IMG/VR virus record: IMGVR_UViG_3300008050_008852
Location: 1 to 64,000 of that record
Reading direction: 5' to 3' (one strand)
DNA length: 64,000 nucleotides
Origin: a virus
Of this stretch, positions 28,360 to 38,429 are shown in pieces. The first letter of the stretch is position 1; each line of letters opens with the position of its first letter. The notes beneath the pieces were generated by a model that was given only the letters and a program-made list of their open reading frames with translations, had not been told where the DNA came from and made no database searches. The translations under genes and the position numbers were made by a program.

Positions 28360-29613
28360 ATGAATAAGAAAAAAATACTGATGTTATCAGATCATGCACT
28401 TAGCACATCTGGTGTTGGTGTACAAAGTAGACACCTCATAAACGGCTTGATACAAAAAGGTGATTGGACTGTTAGACAATTCGGCGCCGCCATTAAGCAT
28501 AATAATTATGATGTTGTTAAAGTAACAGATGACTTTATAATTAAGCCGGTTGATGGTTTTGGCACTGTTGACATGATTAGACAAACCATAGCCGCAGAAA
28601 AACCAGACATTTTGTTACTATTTACAGATCCACGTTTCTTTATTTGGTTGTGGCAAATTGAAGATGAAATACATCAAATTTGTCCAATTGCTTATTGGCA
28701 TGTGTGGGATAATTATCCGTTTCCAAAATATAATGAACCATATTATGAAGCAACTGATTTAATAAATTGTCATAGCCATTTAACATACACGATGCTAAAA
28801 GAGCATTATCCAGATAAAACTAATTTTGTCCCCCATGCACTTCCAGATGAATTATACTATAAAATGAATCCGGACGAAATTAAAGACGCTAAAATTAAGG
28901 CTTTGGGTTATGATAAGAAAGATCATTTTGTTGCATTTTGGATGAATCGAAACGCCCGCCGGAAGCGTCCAAACGATGTTCTGGCGGCCTGGAAAACGTT
29001 TTTAGAAGAACAAGAAGAACTCCTTGGCGAAAAACCAAAGGCTCTACTTTTAATGCATACCGATCCTAATGATTCGGAGGGCCCAAATTTATTTGCGACA
29101 GCTGATCATCTTGGTATTGGTAACACAATAGTTTTTTCAACTGACCGGATCGATTTTGCACAAATAAATGTTTTACATAATATATCCGACGTTTGTCTTA
29201 ATATGTCTTATGCAGAAGGTTTTGGTTTGGCTACTTTAGAAGCAATGCAAACAGGAACACCAATTATAGCTGCAAAAACCGGTGGTCTAACCCGTCAAGT
29301 TGTTGATCACAGAGACGGCACTGAAAATGGTGTGGCTGTTGATATTAGCTTGCGTTCTCTGGTAGGCTCTCAGGCAGTTCCTTATATTTATGAAGATTAC
29401 GTTGATTGTAATGATATTGCAAAGGCAATAACAAAAATTTATAATATGAATGAACAAGATAGAGATGAATTAAGTAATAAAGTCTTAAGTTATGTAAAGT
29501 CAGAATTTAATTTTCAAACAACAATTGATTTGTGGGACGAAACACTTAATGAAACAATTAACAATTGGAAGGACAGATATGATCGAATTGTACTTGAGGA
29601 GATTACATCATGA
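28360..29613 (+). CDS. glycosyltransferase family 4
   Basis: SGVG, RNARRK, EGFGLATLEAMQTGTPII. Confidence 0.9.
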   Translation: MNKKKILMLSDHALSTSGVGVQSRHLINGLIQKGDWTVRQFGAAIKHNNYDVVKVTDDFIIKPVDGFGTVDMIRQTIAAEKPDILLLFTDPRFFIWLWQIEDEIHQICPIAYWHVWDNYPFPKYNEPYYEATDLINCHSHLTYTMLKEHYPDKTNFVPHALPDELYYKMNPDEIKDAKIKALGYDKKDHFVAFWMNRNARRKRPNDVLAAWKTFLEEQEELLGEKPKALLLMHTDPNDSEGPNLFATADHLGIGNTIVFSTDRIDFAQINVLHNISDVCLNMSYAEGFGLATLEAMQTGTPIIAAKTGGLTRQVVDHRDGTENGVAVDISLRSLVGSQAVPYIYEDYVDCNDIAKAITKIYNMNEQDRDELSNKVLSYVKSEFNFQTTIDLWDETLNETINNWKDRYDRIVLEEITS

Positions 29614-30764
29614 ATATTTGTGTTAGAGGCCCTTTATTATCAATGAGCGGCTATGGAAATCACACCAGACAAGTTTATAGATGGCTATCACTACACCAAG
29701 AACATAAAATCGCAACACAAATACTACCGTGGGGTATTACTCCATGGCATGTAAATCCTAATTCTGAAAATGGTATGATAGGTAAAATCATGACCGAGTC
29801 AACAACAATGGAAGCGACAGGTTTTGATTTATCATTTCAGGTTCAATTACCTAATGAGTGGGATCCTAATCTTGCAAAATTCAATGTAGGGGTCACCGCT
29901 GCTGTAGAGACAGATATTTGTAATCCAGCCTGGATTCAATGTTGTAATAGAATGAATTTAATAGTTGTACCATCGCACCACACAAAGCAAACTATTGAAA
30001 CATCTGGTACATTAACTACACCAATTGTCGTAATTCCTGAATCGTTTCCAGATTCCCTTAGTGAAAAAAATATTAAACCATTTGAGCTTGATGTTAAGAC
30101 TAAATTTAATTTTTTAATATTTGGTCAAATAACAGGTAATAATGCGTTTATTGATAGAAAGAATACCTTCTTCGCACTTAAGTGGATTGTTGAAGAATTT
30201 GCCAATGATCCGGATGTTGGTATAATAATTAAAACAAATCATGGCCGTAATACAACAATTGATCGTAAATCATGTAGTCGAATGTTAAGAAAAATTGGTG
30301 CCGAATTAAATTCAACAATTCCAGTATATCTATTACATGGCACAATGTCAGATCATGAACTTGCTGGACTGTACAGAAGTGATTCCATAAAGGCTCTGGT
30401 TGCTCCAACTAGAGGTGAAGGATATGGTTTACCACTTTTAGAAGCCGCCGCCACTGGATTACCTGTACTAGCAACTAACTGGTCTGGTCATAAAGATTTT
30501 TTAAATGCTGGTAAATGGATAAAATTTGATTATAAGTTGTCTGATGTACCAAAAGAAAAAATAGATTCTGCAATTTTTATTGAGGGTTCTAAGTGGGCAG
30601 AAGTTGATGAGGCGGATTTTAAAAACAAAATTAGAAAATTTAGAAAAAAGCCGCACCAACCAATGCAGTGGGCCGAAGATCTATCAAGAACACTTCAGAA
30701 TACACATTCATTTGAAGCAATTGCCAGACTTTGGTCGGCAACTATGAGTGACTATATAAGATGA
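29610..30764 (+). CDS. glycosyltransferase family 4
   Basis: SGYG, DRKN, PTRGEGYGLPLLEAAATGLPVLATNWSGH. Confidence 0.9.
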   Translation: MNICVRGPLLSMSGYGNHTRQVYRWLSLHQEHKIATQILPWGITPWHVNPNSENGMIGKIMTESTTMEATGFDLSFQVQLPNEWDPNLAKFNVGVTAAVETDICNPAWIQCCNRMNLIVVPSHHTKQTIETSGTLTTPIVVIPESFPDSLSEKNIKPFELDVKTKFNFLIFGQITGNNAFIDRKNTFFALKWIVEEFANDPDVGIIIKTNHGRNTTIDRKSCSRMLRKIGAELNSTIPVYLLHGTMSDHELAGLYRSDSIKALVAPTRGEGYGLPLLEAAATGLPVLATNWSGHKDFLNAGKWIKFDYKLSDVPKEKIDSAIFIEGSKWAEVDEADFKNKIRKFRKKPHQPMQWAEDLSRTLQNTHSFEAIARLWSATMSDYIR

Positions 30765-31048
30765 CGTATTGGTTATTATGCGCATTTTTAGCAATTATAG
30801 GTACACTTTTGTGTATTTCTATTTATTTTAACTACAAGCACGGTATTCTTATTATAAGGACGGTTGATGAAATTGAAGTTGCGTTAGATGTTTTAGATCA
30901 AAAATATGAGTCAGTTTCTAAAATTTTGGAAATCCCTCTCTTTTTTGATTCACCTCAAATAAAACAACTTCATAATGATATTGGCGCCTGCCGTGACTCA
31001 ATCCTTCAAGTTGCATCATCACTTGGGAATGTTGATATAAAAAAATAA
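30761..31048 (+). CDS. hypothetical membrane protein
   Basis: N-terminal TM helix WLLCAFLAIIGTLLCISIYF then helical region. Confidence 0.6.
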   Translation: MTYWLLCAFLAIIGTLLCISIYFNYKHGILIIRTVDEIEVALDVLDQKYESVSKILEIPLFFDSPQIKQLHNDIGACRDSILQVASSLGNVDIKK

Positions 31049-31060
31049 CAAGAGTCATTG

Positions 31061-31792
31061 ATGATTGTAAAGAAAAAAGTAGTTAAACGCAGAAAAATTA
31101 AGAGAAAGCCAGGAAAAAGTAAATTATACTTTACGGCTGATACTCAAGCCTCGATAGAGAAATTTCAGGTCGAAGAGAGTGAAGCAGAGAAAGATAGAAT
31201 TTATACAAATGAGATAATGCCGGCTTTTGTTAAGTTGGTTGAAAATCTTATATTGATTTATGGTTTTGCTAAAGGCCGACATGATTTTGGCAGCCTAAAG
31301 AATGATTGTATAACATTTTTGTATGAAACTCTTCATAAGTTTGATGCATCAAAAGGAACAAAGGCTTTTTCGTATTTTAATGTTGTTGGTAAAAATTGGT
31401 TAATATTAAACACTAGAAAAAGAAAAAAAGTTCAAGATAATTCATACCCAATTCATGATCTTGAATCGTTTAGTGCGGCAGATCGTCATATGATATCGAA
31501 TCATATGTTAGCAGCAGCTCCAGATGATATAATGATATCAGCTGAACAACGAGATGAAATTCAGGAAATATTAAAAATTCTCCGCACAAAAGTGGTAAAC
31601 ACAAACGATGTTGCCTGTGTTGAAGCTGTCACTGTTGTTTTTAATAAAATTGACGAACTTGACTTATTAAATAAACGAGCCGTATATGTTTATATTAGGG
31701 AAATATCTGGTTTAAATTCAAAACAGTTATCAACATCAATGTCGACAGTGCGTCGCTTATATAAACAAATTAAGGGCGAGGAATTATTTTGA
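31061..31792 (+). CDS. phage late-transcription sigma factor (T4 gp55-like)
   Basis: LHKFDASKGTKAFSYF resembles sigma region 2.3 / gp55 FDpek--npFaYF; sits directly before the baseplate cluster. Confidence 0.65.
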   Translation: MIVKKKVVKRRKIKRKPGKSKLYFTADTQASIEKFQVEESEAEKDRIYTNEIMPAFVKLVENLILIYGFAKGRHDFGSLKNDCITFLYETLHKFDASKGTKAFSYFNVVGKNWLILNTRKRKKVQDNSYPIHDLESFSAADRHMISNHMLAAAPDDIMISAEQRDEIQEILKILRTKVVNTNDVACVEAVTVVFNKIDELDLLNKRAVYVYIREISGLNSKQLSTSMSTVRRLYKQIKGEELF

Positions 31793-32148
31793 CAATCACT
31801 GCTTTAACAAAAAAACAAAAAAAACAACAAAAGAAGATAGATGCGTTTTCTGAGCTGCTTGAAGACTTAGCTAGCTCTACAGATAAAAAGAAGATGCTTT
31901 GGAAGGAGATCTATGAAAATGCTCTTTTCGATCGTTCAAGCGCAGAAATATTATTTAATGAAGCATATACTACAATGCAAACAACTACAACAGATCATAT
32001 TACTGTTGGACCAATGTTGACAAAGTATTTAGAGCGAATGAATAAGTCAAATGATCAGCTTTTAAAGCTTGCCGAATTGATATCAAAATCAGAAGAAAAT
32101 TCAGGAAAAATTAATTCCGACGATATTTTCTCACAGATTTCGGAGTAA
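31789..32148 (+). CDS. hypothetical helical protein
   Basis: 119 aa ORF coupled to neighbours (TTGA overlap). Confidence 0.6.
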   Translation: MTITALTKKQKKQQKKIDAFSELLEDLASSTDKKKMLWKEIYENALFDRSSAEILFNEAYTTMQTTTTDHITVGPMLTKYLERMNKSNDQLLKLAELISKSEENSGKINSDDIFSQISE

Positions 32149-32150
32149 AT

Positions 32151-33701
32151 ATGGCAGAGATTACACAGGGCCCTCAAAATCCTATTGGGGCAGGTAGTTC
32201 TATATATAAAGCTGTTGTCTTGGATGTTATTAATGATTTATCACAAATTAATAAACACGCTGCCACAATGCAGATCAGATATAAGGTAAAGAATTCTACT
32301 CGAATTTTAGAGGCTCCACTTAATTCATGTATTATTAAATTTTATGGTACTTCTGGGCCTATAGGTGAAAATGGTATAGTTGCTTATCCATTCTTTCCAC
32401 CCCATTTAGCCTTACCAGTTAAACCAGGGGAAGTTGTTTGGGTTATTTCACCACCCTTAAATTCTCCAAGCCCAGAGGATTGTTTTTGGGTTTGTAGGAT
32501 TACTGCCAACAATAAAAGCGACGATATTAATTTTACACATTTATTTCGTCAATCAAAAACACCACCACCAAGCGAATTAATTCCTACAAGCGAAAAACTA
32601 GTATCAGCCCAGGCAGGTCAATTTATTACAAACATCGTTGAAGGTTTTCAGAATAGTCTGGGTGGTGAACCAATTTTAAAAACCGGCCCCAATCCTGAAA
32701 TAAATCCATTTGATACGATTGTGACACAATCTATTGCTAGAAAAACGTTTGTTGGCGAACCGGCACCTTATTTTTCAAAACGACCTAGTGATTTAATAAT
32801 TCAAGGCAGCAATAATTCGTTAATTTGTCTTGGCCAAGATAGAGCTTATGATTTTGATTTTGATGGTGCATACTTAAGTGGGCTAACGGGTAGTCTATCA
32901 ACAACAAAACCAGCACTAGGGACAGGAACAATTGATATTGTTACCGGTCGTTCTAGGTATATGCCTTTAAGTTCTACAACGGCAAAAACCAATGGTACAG
33001 AATCAGAACGAACTGGTATTAAGACAAAAGTAAATACAAGAGAATATAACGAAATTGACAAAAGAAGCTTCAACCCCCCATCCGGTGAGCTAGACTTCAC
33101 GGTAGATGCTTCTAGAATTTATGTTTCAATGAAAACAAATGGTGATAAGTGTTTTGGTTTGACATCTGAGCTTGGCAGAATGCCTGTAGGGTTTGTTAGT
33201 GGTTCAATAGTCCCCGTTGATGATGCGGCATATATTACATTAAAGTCAGATGAACTTCGTTTAATTGCTAGAAAACAAAATGAAAATGAATATTTTCCAG
33301 AATCAACCAATCCTGAGATAAATGGCAGTATTAAAATTATAAAAGAAGGTGTCGTTAATGAAGATTTCGCAGCCGTGATGTTATTACCTGATGGCACAAT
33401 TCAAATTAATGGTTCGAAGATTTTCTTAGGAAGAACTATTGCTGATGGTGGCATCGGCGGCGGCCCTGGTGAAGATGAATCACAACCATATGTCAAGTAT
33501 CAAGATTTAGAAAATCTTTGGAATGCAACAATGGACGCGCTTGACAGTTTTTGCCAGACTCTCTCAACTCATACAACACCAGGTTATGGCGCGCCATCAC
33601 CACAGATTATTGAAGCAGCCGCCACCCTAAAAGCTGAAATTGCCTCTGCGCTAAAGCCAGATATTGTAAATATACAGTCGACAAGAATTTTTGGAGAGTG
33701 A
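32151..33701 (+). CDS. baseplate hub / central spike protein (gp5/gpV-like)
   Basis: OB-fold-like AYP...PVKPGEVVWV, DLIIQG-x-N-x-x-I-x-LG, C-terminal STHTT tip; upstream of gp25. Confidence 0.6.
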   Translation: MAEITQGPQNPIGAGSSIYKAVVLDVINDLSQINKHAATMQIRYKVKNSTRILEAPLNSCIIKFYGTSGPIGENGIVAYPFFPPHLALPVKPGEVVWVISPPLNSPSPEDCFWVCRITANNKSDDINFTHLFRQSKTPPPSELIPTSEKLVSAQAGQFITNIVEGFQNSLGGEPILKTGPNPEINPFDTIVTQSIARKTFVGEPAPYFSKRPSDLIIQGSNNSLICLGQDRAYDFDFDGAYLSGLTGSLSTTKPALGTGTIDIVTGRSRYMPLSSTTAKTNGTESERTGIKTKVNTREYNEIDKRSFNPPSGELDFTVDASRIYVSMKTNGDKCFGLTSELGRMPVGFVSGSIVPVDDAAYITLKSDELRLIARKQNENEYFPESTNPEINGSIKIIKEGVVNEDFAAVMLLPDGTIQINGSKIFLGRTIADGGIGGGPGEDESQPYVKYQDLENLWNATMDALDSFCQTLSTHTTPGYGAPSPQIIEAAATLKAEIASALKPDIVNIQSTRIFGE

Positions 33702-33704
33702 GAT

Positions 33705-34499
33705 ATGCCTCTTGGTTCTGCCGTGACAGGCTTATTAAATGGTGTACAGTCGGCTTATGAGAACGCGGTTGATAATGGCTCTGAGAATAACAACACCAAC
33801 GAAACACTTCGGTCACTGGCAAGCGATTTTGGTGATGCCATTGATATATACTATTCCTCTGCAGACGTTTTTACTGACGTAACGATAGATTCAGGTCAGA
33901 GTGATTCTGTTGGTGGAAGTACAGTATCGGAAGGTCAAGGCTTAGGAACTGGTTTTTTGGAAAGTTTAGATATAGATATTTTAAAGAGTGATTTATATCA
34001 AGCTTTCAAAACAGCCGCCGACACGGGAGCAACTACAGATCCCATTCCTCACCTGGCCCAAGATATTGGGAACGCAATTCATGCGTATATGATATCCCCT
34101 ACAGTTGTAACGTCTGTTAACACTCCTGGTGGGCAGACATCAAACGCAGCCGCTGCAACGGCAAATCCAGTCGGTGCTGTAGCATCTCCTGGAACAGGCA
34201 TCGGCGAGGGAAAAGTCAGCTTTGAATCAGGTGATGTTAGTACATTAAAGTCAGATGTTGAAACTGCGTATAATACTGCAAAGTCAAATGGTGAAACTGG
34301 ATCATCATTAGAGACACTGGCTTTTGATATCCACACCGCCGTTCATCTCTTCGCATTAAGTGCTATTATCAATACAGGTGTAGATATTTTTCCAGGACAG
34401 GTGGTTGCAGGTTACATGGTGCTCGCCGGTGTAGCTCCTGTCCCATTACCTGCAGTTACACTCATGGGTGCCGGCACAGGAGAAGGTACAATTAGTTAG
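33705..34499 (+). CDS. putative baseplate/spike-associated protein with three internal repeats
   Basis: three copies of AY/AF...LA-x-D-(F/I)-x-x-A(I/V)...V-x-T-x-V...GQ...G-x-G-x-G; between spike and gp25. Confidence 0.5.
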   Translation: MPLGSAVTGLLNGVQSAYENAVDNGSENNNTNETLRSLASDFGDAIDIYYSSADVFTDVTIDSGQSDSVGGSTVSEGQGLGTGFLESLDIDILKSDLYQAFKTAADTGATTDPIPHLAQDIGNAIHAYMISPTVVTSVNTPGGQTSNAAAATANPVGAVASPGTGIGEGKVSFESGDVSTLKSDVETAYNTAKSNGETGSSLETLAFDIHTAVHLFALSAIINTGVDIFPGQVVAGYMVLAGVAPVPLPAVTLMGAGTGEGTIS

Positions 34500-34541
34500 C
34501 GACGAAAAACTTAATTGGCATATTTAAGATATGGAGAAATA

Positions 34542-35033
34542 ATGGCTGGTGCAACAACATATGATTTTGGTTCTGTAGGTGATAGATTACCTACACTTCG
34601 AAGCCATGAACAGACTTTTGATGATCCAGTTAAGATAAATTTTAATCCGGCAACTCCGCTTAAATTATCAACCAACAAGTCAGATTTATTTGTTATGAAC
34701 ACAGATCTCGGTGATGCTATAGCTGATAATTTAAAAAACTTATTATTGACCAATCGCGGTGAGAGGATCATGGAACCAGATTTTGGTGCAAATTTAAAAT
34801 CTATCTTGACTGAATTTGGGACTTCTGGCTTTGAGGGTGAGGTCATGGCAAGAATAAAAACATCGGTGGCGAAATATTTGCCATATGTTATATTACAACA
34901 AATGAAATTAGAGAAGCTACCAGCACCAATATCATCAGGTCTTGTTATTATACGCATAGAAATAATGTACTCTGTTGCTAAAGCAAATTTATCAAATCAG
35001 CAAATGACAATTACACTGAATACAGTCGCATAA
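34542..35033 (+). CDS. baseplate wedge subunit, gp25/GPW family
   Basis: NLKNLLLTNRGERIMEPDFGANL...YLPYV; ATG 34542 after GGAG (ORF track 34515). Confidence 0.9.
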   Translation: MAGATTYDFGSVGDRLPTLRSHEQTFDDPVKINFNPATPLKLSTNKSDLFVMNTDLGDAIADNLKNLLLTNRGERIMEPDFGANLKSILTEFGTSGFEGEVMARIKTSVAKYLPYVILQQMKLEKLPAPISSGLVIIRIEIMYSVAKANLSNQQMTITLNTVA

Positions 35034-35049
35034 ATTGGATATTCTATAA

Positions 35050-36888
35050 ATGGCAAAAAACACAAAAAATATAAAGAAAGAAACCGAAAAGAATTATCTT
35101 GCAAAAGATTATAACTCTTTTAAACAGGAATTGGCTTCATATGCCAAGACATACTTTTCTGATAAAAATTCTGATTTTTCTGAGGCTAGCCTTGGTGGGA
35201 TGTTTGTAGATCTTGCAGCATATATCGGCGATAGCATGTCGTTCTTTTTAGATCATCAATTTAACGAATTAAATCCGCTTACGGCGATAGAATCAGTCAA
35301 TGTTCTTGCACACGCTAAAAACGCAGGTGTAAAAATAACTGGTGCATCGCCTGCAAGTGCTGACGTCGATATTTTTATTGAAGTTCCAGCAATTAAAACT
35401 AGAGGTCGTTATAGACCATCACGCCTATCGCTTCCAATTATTCTAGAAGGAACGACATGTAAATCAACATCTGGTATAACGTTTACAACAACAGAAGATA
35501 TAGATTTTTCTGAAGTAGATTTTAATGGCGAATATACATGCCAAGCTACAGTTTCACAAATTAATTCTTCTGGTAATCCAGCGTACTTTATTTTAACAAA
35601 ACCTGTTGGGGTGACATCTGGAAAATTAAATATAGAATCAATTCCAGTCGGATCCGCGTCCGGTTTTAAGAAAATAACACTAGCAAATACAAATGTATCA
35701 GAAATTATATCAATTGTTGATCTTGATGGAAACGTATATTATGAAGTAGATTACTTAACTCAGAACACTGTTTTTAAAAAGACTAAAAATATAAGTTCTG
35801 ATCAATTTGAGGTTCCTGCTGTATTAGAAGTTATTAATGCTAGCAGAAGATTTATTTCACAAACAGATTATAATACAATGTTAACTACGTTGACTTTTGG
35901 ATCTGGTGATCCAGATTTAAGTGACAATGATATAATTCCAGACCCATCAGAATTGGCTTTACCACTATATGGTAGATCGACATTCCAGCGCTTCTCGATT
36001 GATCCAAAGAATTTATTGCGCTCAAAGACTTTGGGCACTTCGCCAGTAAATACAACTTTAATAATTACATATAGATCCGGTGGTGGCCTATCTCACAATG
36101 TCTCAGCCGAATCAATTAAATTTATTGATAATCTTAGAATTGAATTTCCAAAAAATGCTTCATCAATTATTTCGTCAGGTGTTGTTAATTCAATCGATGT
36201 AAAAAATAAATCCGCCGCAGCCGGCGGCATGCGAAGACCAAATTTGGCAGAATTAAGGTCACAAATATTTTCGTCCCGCAATGAACAATCTAGAATTGTT
36301 ACTAACGATGATTTGTTGGCCCGTCTATATACTCTCCCAGTTCAATTTGGCAAAGTGTTTCGAGCTTCTATCCGAAAATCTTCTAGAAACCCCCTCGCCT
36401 CGGAATTATATATGATTTGTCAAGATAGATCTGGTAATTTAACTATAGCTCCTGATACACTAAAAAGAAACATAGCAATATACTTGAATGAATTTAGATT
36501 AATATCTGATGCAATTGATGTTTTAGATACAACAGTTGTAAACTATGGTGTAGAGTACTCAATAGTTGTGACACCAGAATCGAACAAATCAATTGTTTCG
36601 TCAATGGTTGCAAAATCAATTGCTTTGTTAACAGATATTAATTCATATCAAATTGATCAACCATTAATTGAGGCAGATTTTATAAATGCCATTATCAATA
36701 CACCTGGGGTTTTGTCGCTACAAGATTTTACGTTTTTTAATAGATCTGGAAAGATATCTGGTAAAAATTACAGCAGCTATAGCTATGACTTACAATCTAA
36801 TAAATTTAAAGGTATGATAGTTGGTCCACCTGGATCAATATTTGAATTAAAATATTCATCATTTGACATTGTTGGGAGCGCAGAGTAA
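35050..36888 (+). CDS. baseplate wedge subunit (T4 gp6 / baseplate J-like)
   Basis: YLAKDYNSFKQEL, DFSEASLG, AYIGD-x-MSF, LTFGSG, YRSGGG-x-x-x-NV, AAGG, QSRIVT-x-DD. Confidence 0.85.
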   Translation: MAKNTKNIKKETEKNYLAKDYNSFKQELASYAKTYFSDKNSDFSEASLGGMFVDLAAYIGDSMSFFLDHQFNELNPLTAIESVNVLAHAKNAGVKITGASPASADVDIFIEVPAIKTRGRYRPSRLSLPIILEGTTCKSTSGITFTTTEDIDFSEVDFNGEYTCQATVSQINSSGNPAYFILTKPVGVTSGKLNIESIPVGSASGFKKITLANTNVSEIISIVDLDGNVYYEVDYLTQNTVFKKTKNISSDQFEVPAVLEVINASRRFISQTDYNTMLTTLTFGSGDPDLSDNDIIPDPSELALPLYGRSTFQRFSIDPKNLLRSKTLGTSPVNTTLIITYRSGGGLSHNVSAESIKFIDNLRIEFPKNASSIISSGVVNSIDVKNKSAAAGGMRRPNLAELRSQIFSSRNEQSRIVTNDDLLARLYTLPVQFGKVFRASIRKSSRNPLASELYMICQDRSGNLTIAPDTLKRNIAIYLNEFRLISDAIDVLDTTVVNYGVEYSIVVTPESNKSIVSSMVAKSIALLTDINSYQIDQPLIEADFINAIINTPGVLSLQDFTFFNRSGKISGKNYSSYSYDLQSNKFKGMIVGPPGSIFELKYSSFDIVGSAE

Positions 36889-38429
36889 TGTATCTAATTT
36901 ATACTGGAAGCAAAGACACTTATATTACAAACAAGATCATTGATGGCGCCTTCTCTGCTTCTGATGCTAATGTCGGCCAAGCAGGTACTATTGATATATT
37001 TAAGCTCTATGATGAAACATCATTAAATGGTACAACTAAGTTGGCGGAGATATCTAGAGGTCTTATTAAGTTTGATTTATTACCACTACACGCTTTAACA
37101 GGCTCATCCATCGACGTTAATGCAAGTTCATTTAGCGCAAAGATTAAATTACATAATTTGCTTGCCGGAACAGCCACACCATCGAATTTTACGCTTGTCA
37201 TTGCTCCACTATCTAGATCGTTTACTGAAGGTACCGGCCGTGATCTTTCTGCGTTTGCTGATTTAGATGTTGCGAATTTTTACACCTCGTCTATGAGTTC
37301 TGGTTCTCCAGTGACATGGCATTTATCGGGTGCAAATAAGGGTGGCTTGCTTGATTCCAGTAATATTGACTATATAATTTCTGGTACAATTGATGGAACC
37401 TTGCAGTCTTTATCACCAGAACAGACATTTGTTGATGGCACCGAAGACTTATTTATTGATGTCACAACTATAGTTTCTGCTACCTTGGCTGGAAACATTC
37501 CAGATCACGGTTTTAGACTGGCGTTCACCGGTAGTGAGGAAAATGATGCAAAATCTAGGTTTGTAAAACGCTTTGCAAGCCTACAGTCGTCTAACCCTTT
37601 AAAATACCCTACGCTTCATATTACATATGATGATTCAATATCTGATGCTACAAATAATTTTGTTTTTGATTCATCCGGATCAATGTATTTAAACAACTTT
37701 GTTCGTGGTACAAGAACAAATTTTGTGTCAGGAACAGCCGCATCAGATATTACTGGTGCTAATTGCATGCTATTACGCCTTGAAAAAAATGATTTTGAGA
37801 AAACTTATGCAGTCTCCCAAGTATCCGAAGGTACAGATAGTACATTAGTATCTGGTCTATATTCGGCATCTTTTGCATTATCGTTGGCCAATCAAACTAA
37901 AATAAATAATTCGAATGAAACAGTATTAAATTTTGTAAATGCTAGTGGTTCTATTACGTTTGACGCAATATGGTGCTCAAATGATGAAACTGTCGGGTTT
38001 CATACTGGTTCACTTGAAATAACCAGATCAAAATCAACCATGTCAAATTCAGCTCCTGCAGACTTTATAATAAAATCAGTATCAATGCCTTCAACAATTA
38101 ATATTGATGAAGAATTAAGAGTACTCTTTTTTGTTGTTGATAAAAATATTAAACGGAAAGCCAGTAAGATACCACATAGATTAGCTAGCGTACCACTACA
38201 GCAAGTTTATTACCAAATTCGTGATATTGGCTCTAATCAAATTGTTGTTCCATTTGAAACAATAAATTCTGGTACAAAATTATCGAATGATACTTCAGGT
38301 CTATATTTCGACCTCCGTGCCAACACCCTTCAAGCCGGCTATAGCTATACTATTGACCTGCTTGTAAAAGATTTTGATAGACAAAGAATAATCACCGGTG
38401 TTTGCCAGAGCTTTAAGGTAATTAAATAA
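36888..38429 (+). CDS. virion structural protein (baseplate region; DNRLRE-like N-terminal domain)
   Basis: KDTYI...SRGLIKFDL...DVT-x-IV...HGF...P-x-L-x-I-x-YDD pattern; coupled to gp6-like gene. Confidence 0.55.
   Translation: MYLIYTGSKDTYITNKIIDGAFSASDANVGQAGTIDIFKLYDETSLNGTTKLAEISRGLIKFDLLPLHALTGSSIDVNASSFSAKIKLHNLLAGTATPSNFTLVIAPLSRSFTEGTGRDLSAFADLDVANFYTSSMSSGSPVTWHLSGANKGGLLDSSNIDYIISGTIDGTLQSLSPEQTFVDGTEDLFIDVTTIVSATLAGNIPDHGFRLAFTGSEENDAKSRFVKRFASLQSSNPLKYPTLHITYDDSISDATNNFVFDSSGSMYLNNFVRGTRTNFVSGTAASDITGANCMLLRLEKNDFEKTYAVSQVSEGTDSTLVSGLYSASFALSLANQTKINNSNETVLNFVNASGSITFDAIWCSNDETVGFHTGSLEITRSKSTMSNSAPADFIIKSVSMPSTINIDEELRVLFFVVDKNIKRKASKIPHRLASVPLQQVYYQIRDIGSNQIVVPFETINSGTKLSNDTSGLYFDLRANTLQAGYSYTIDLLVKDFDRQRIITGVCQSFKVIK

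Noticed and set aside
8160-30764. Bacterial LPS/O-antigen locus or host contamination
   Set aside because: Continuous with phage baseplate, sigma and fibre genes, with the same composition and tight packing, and lacking bacterial export or housekeeping genes.
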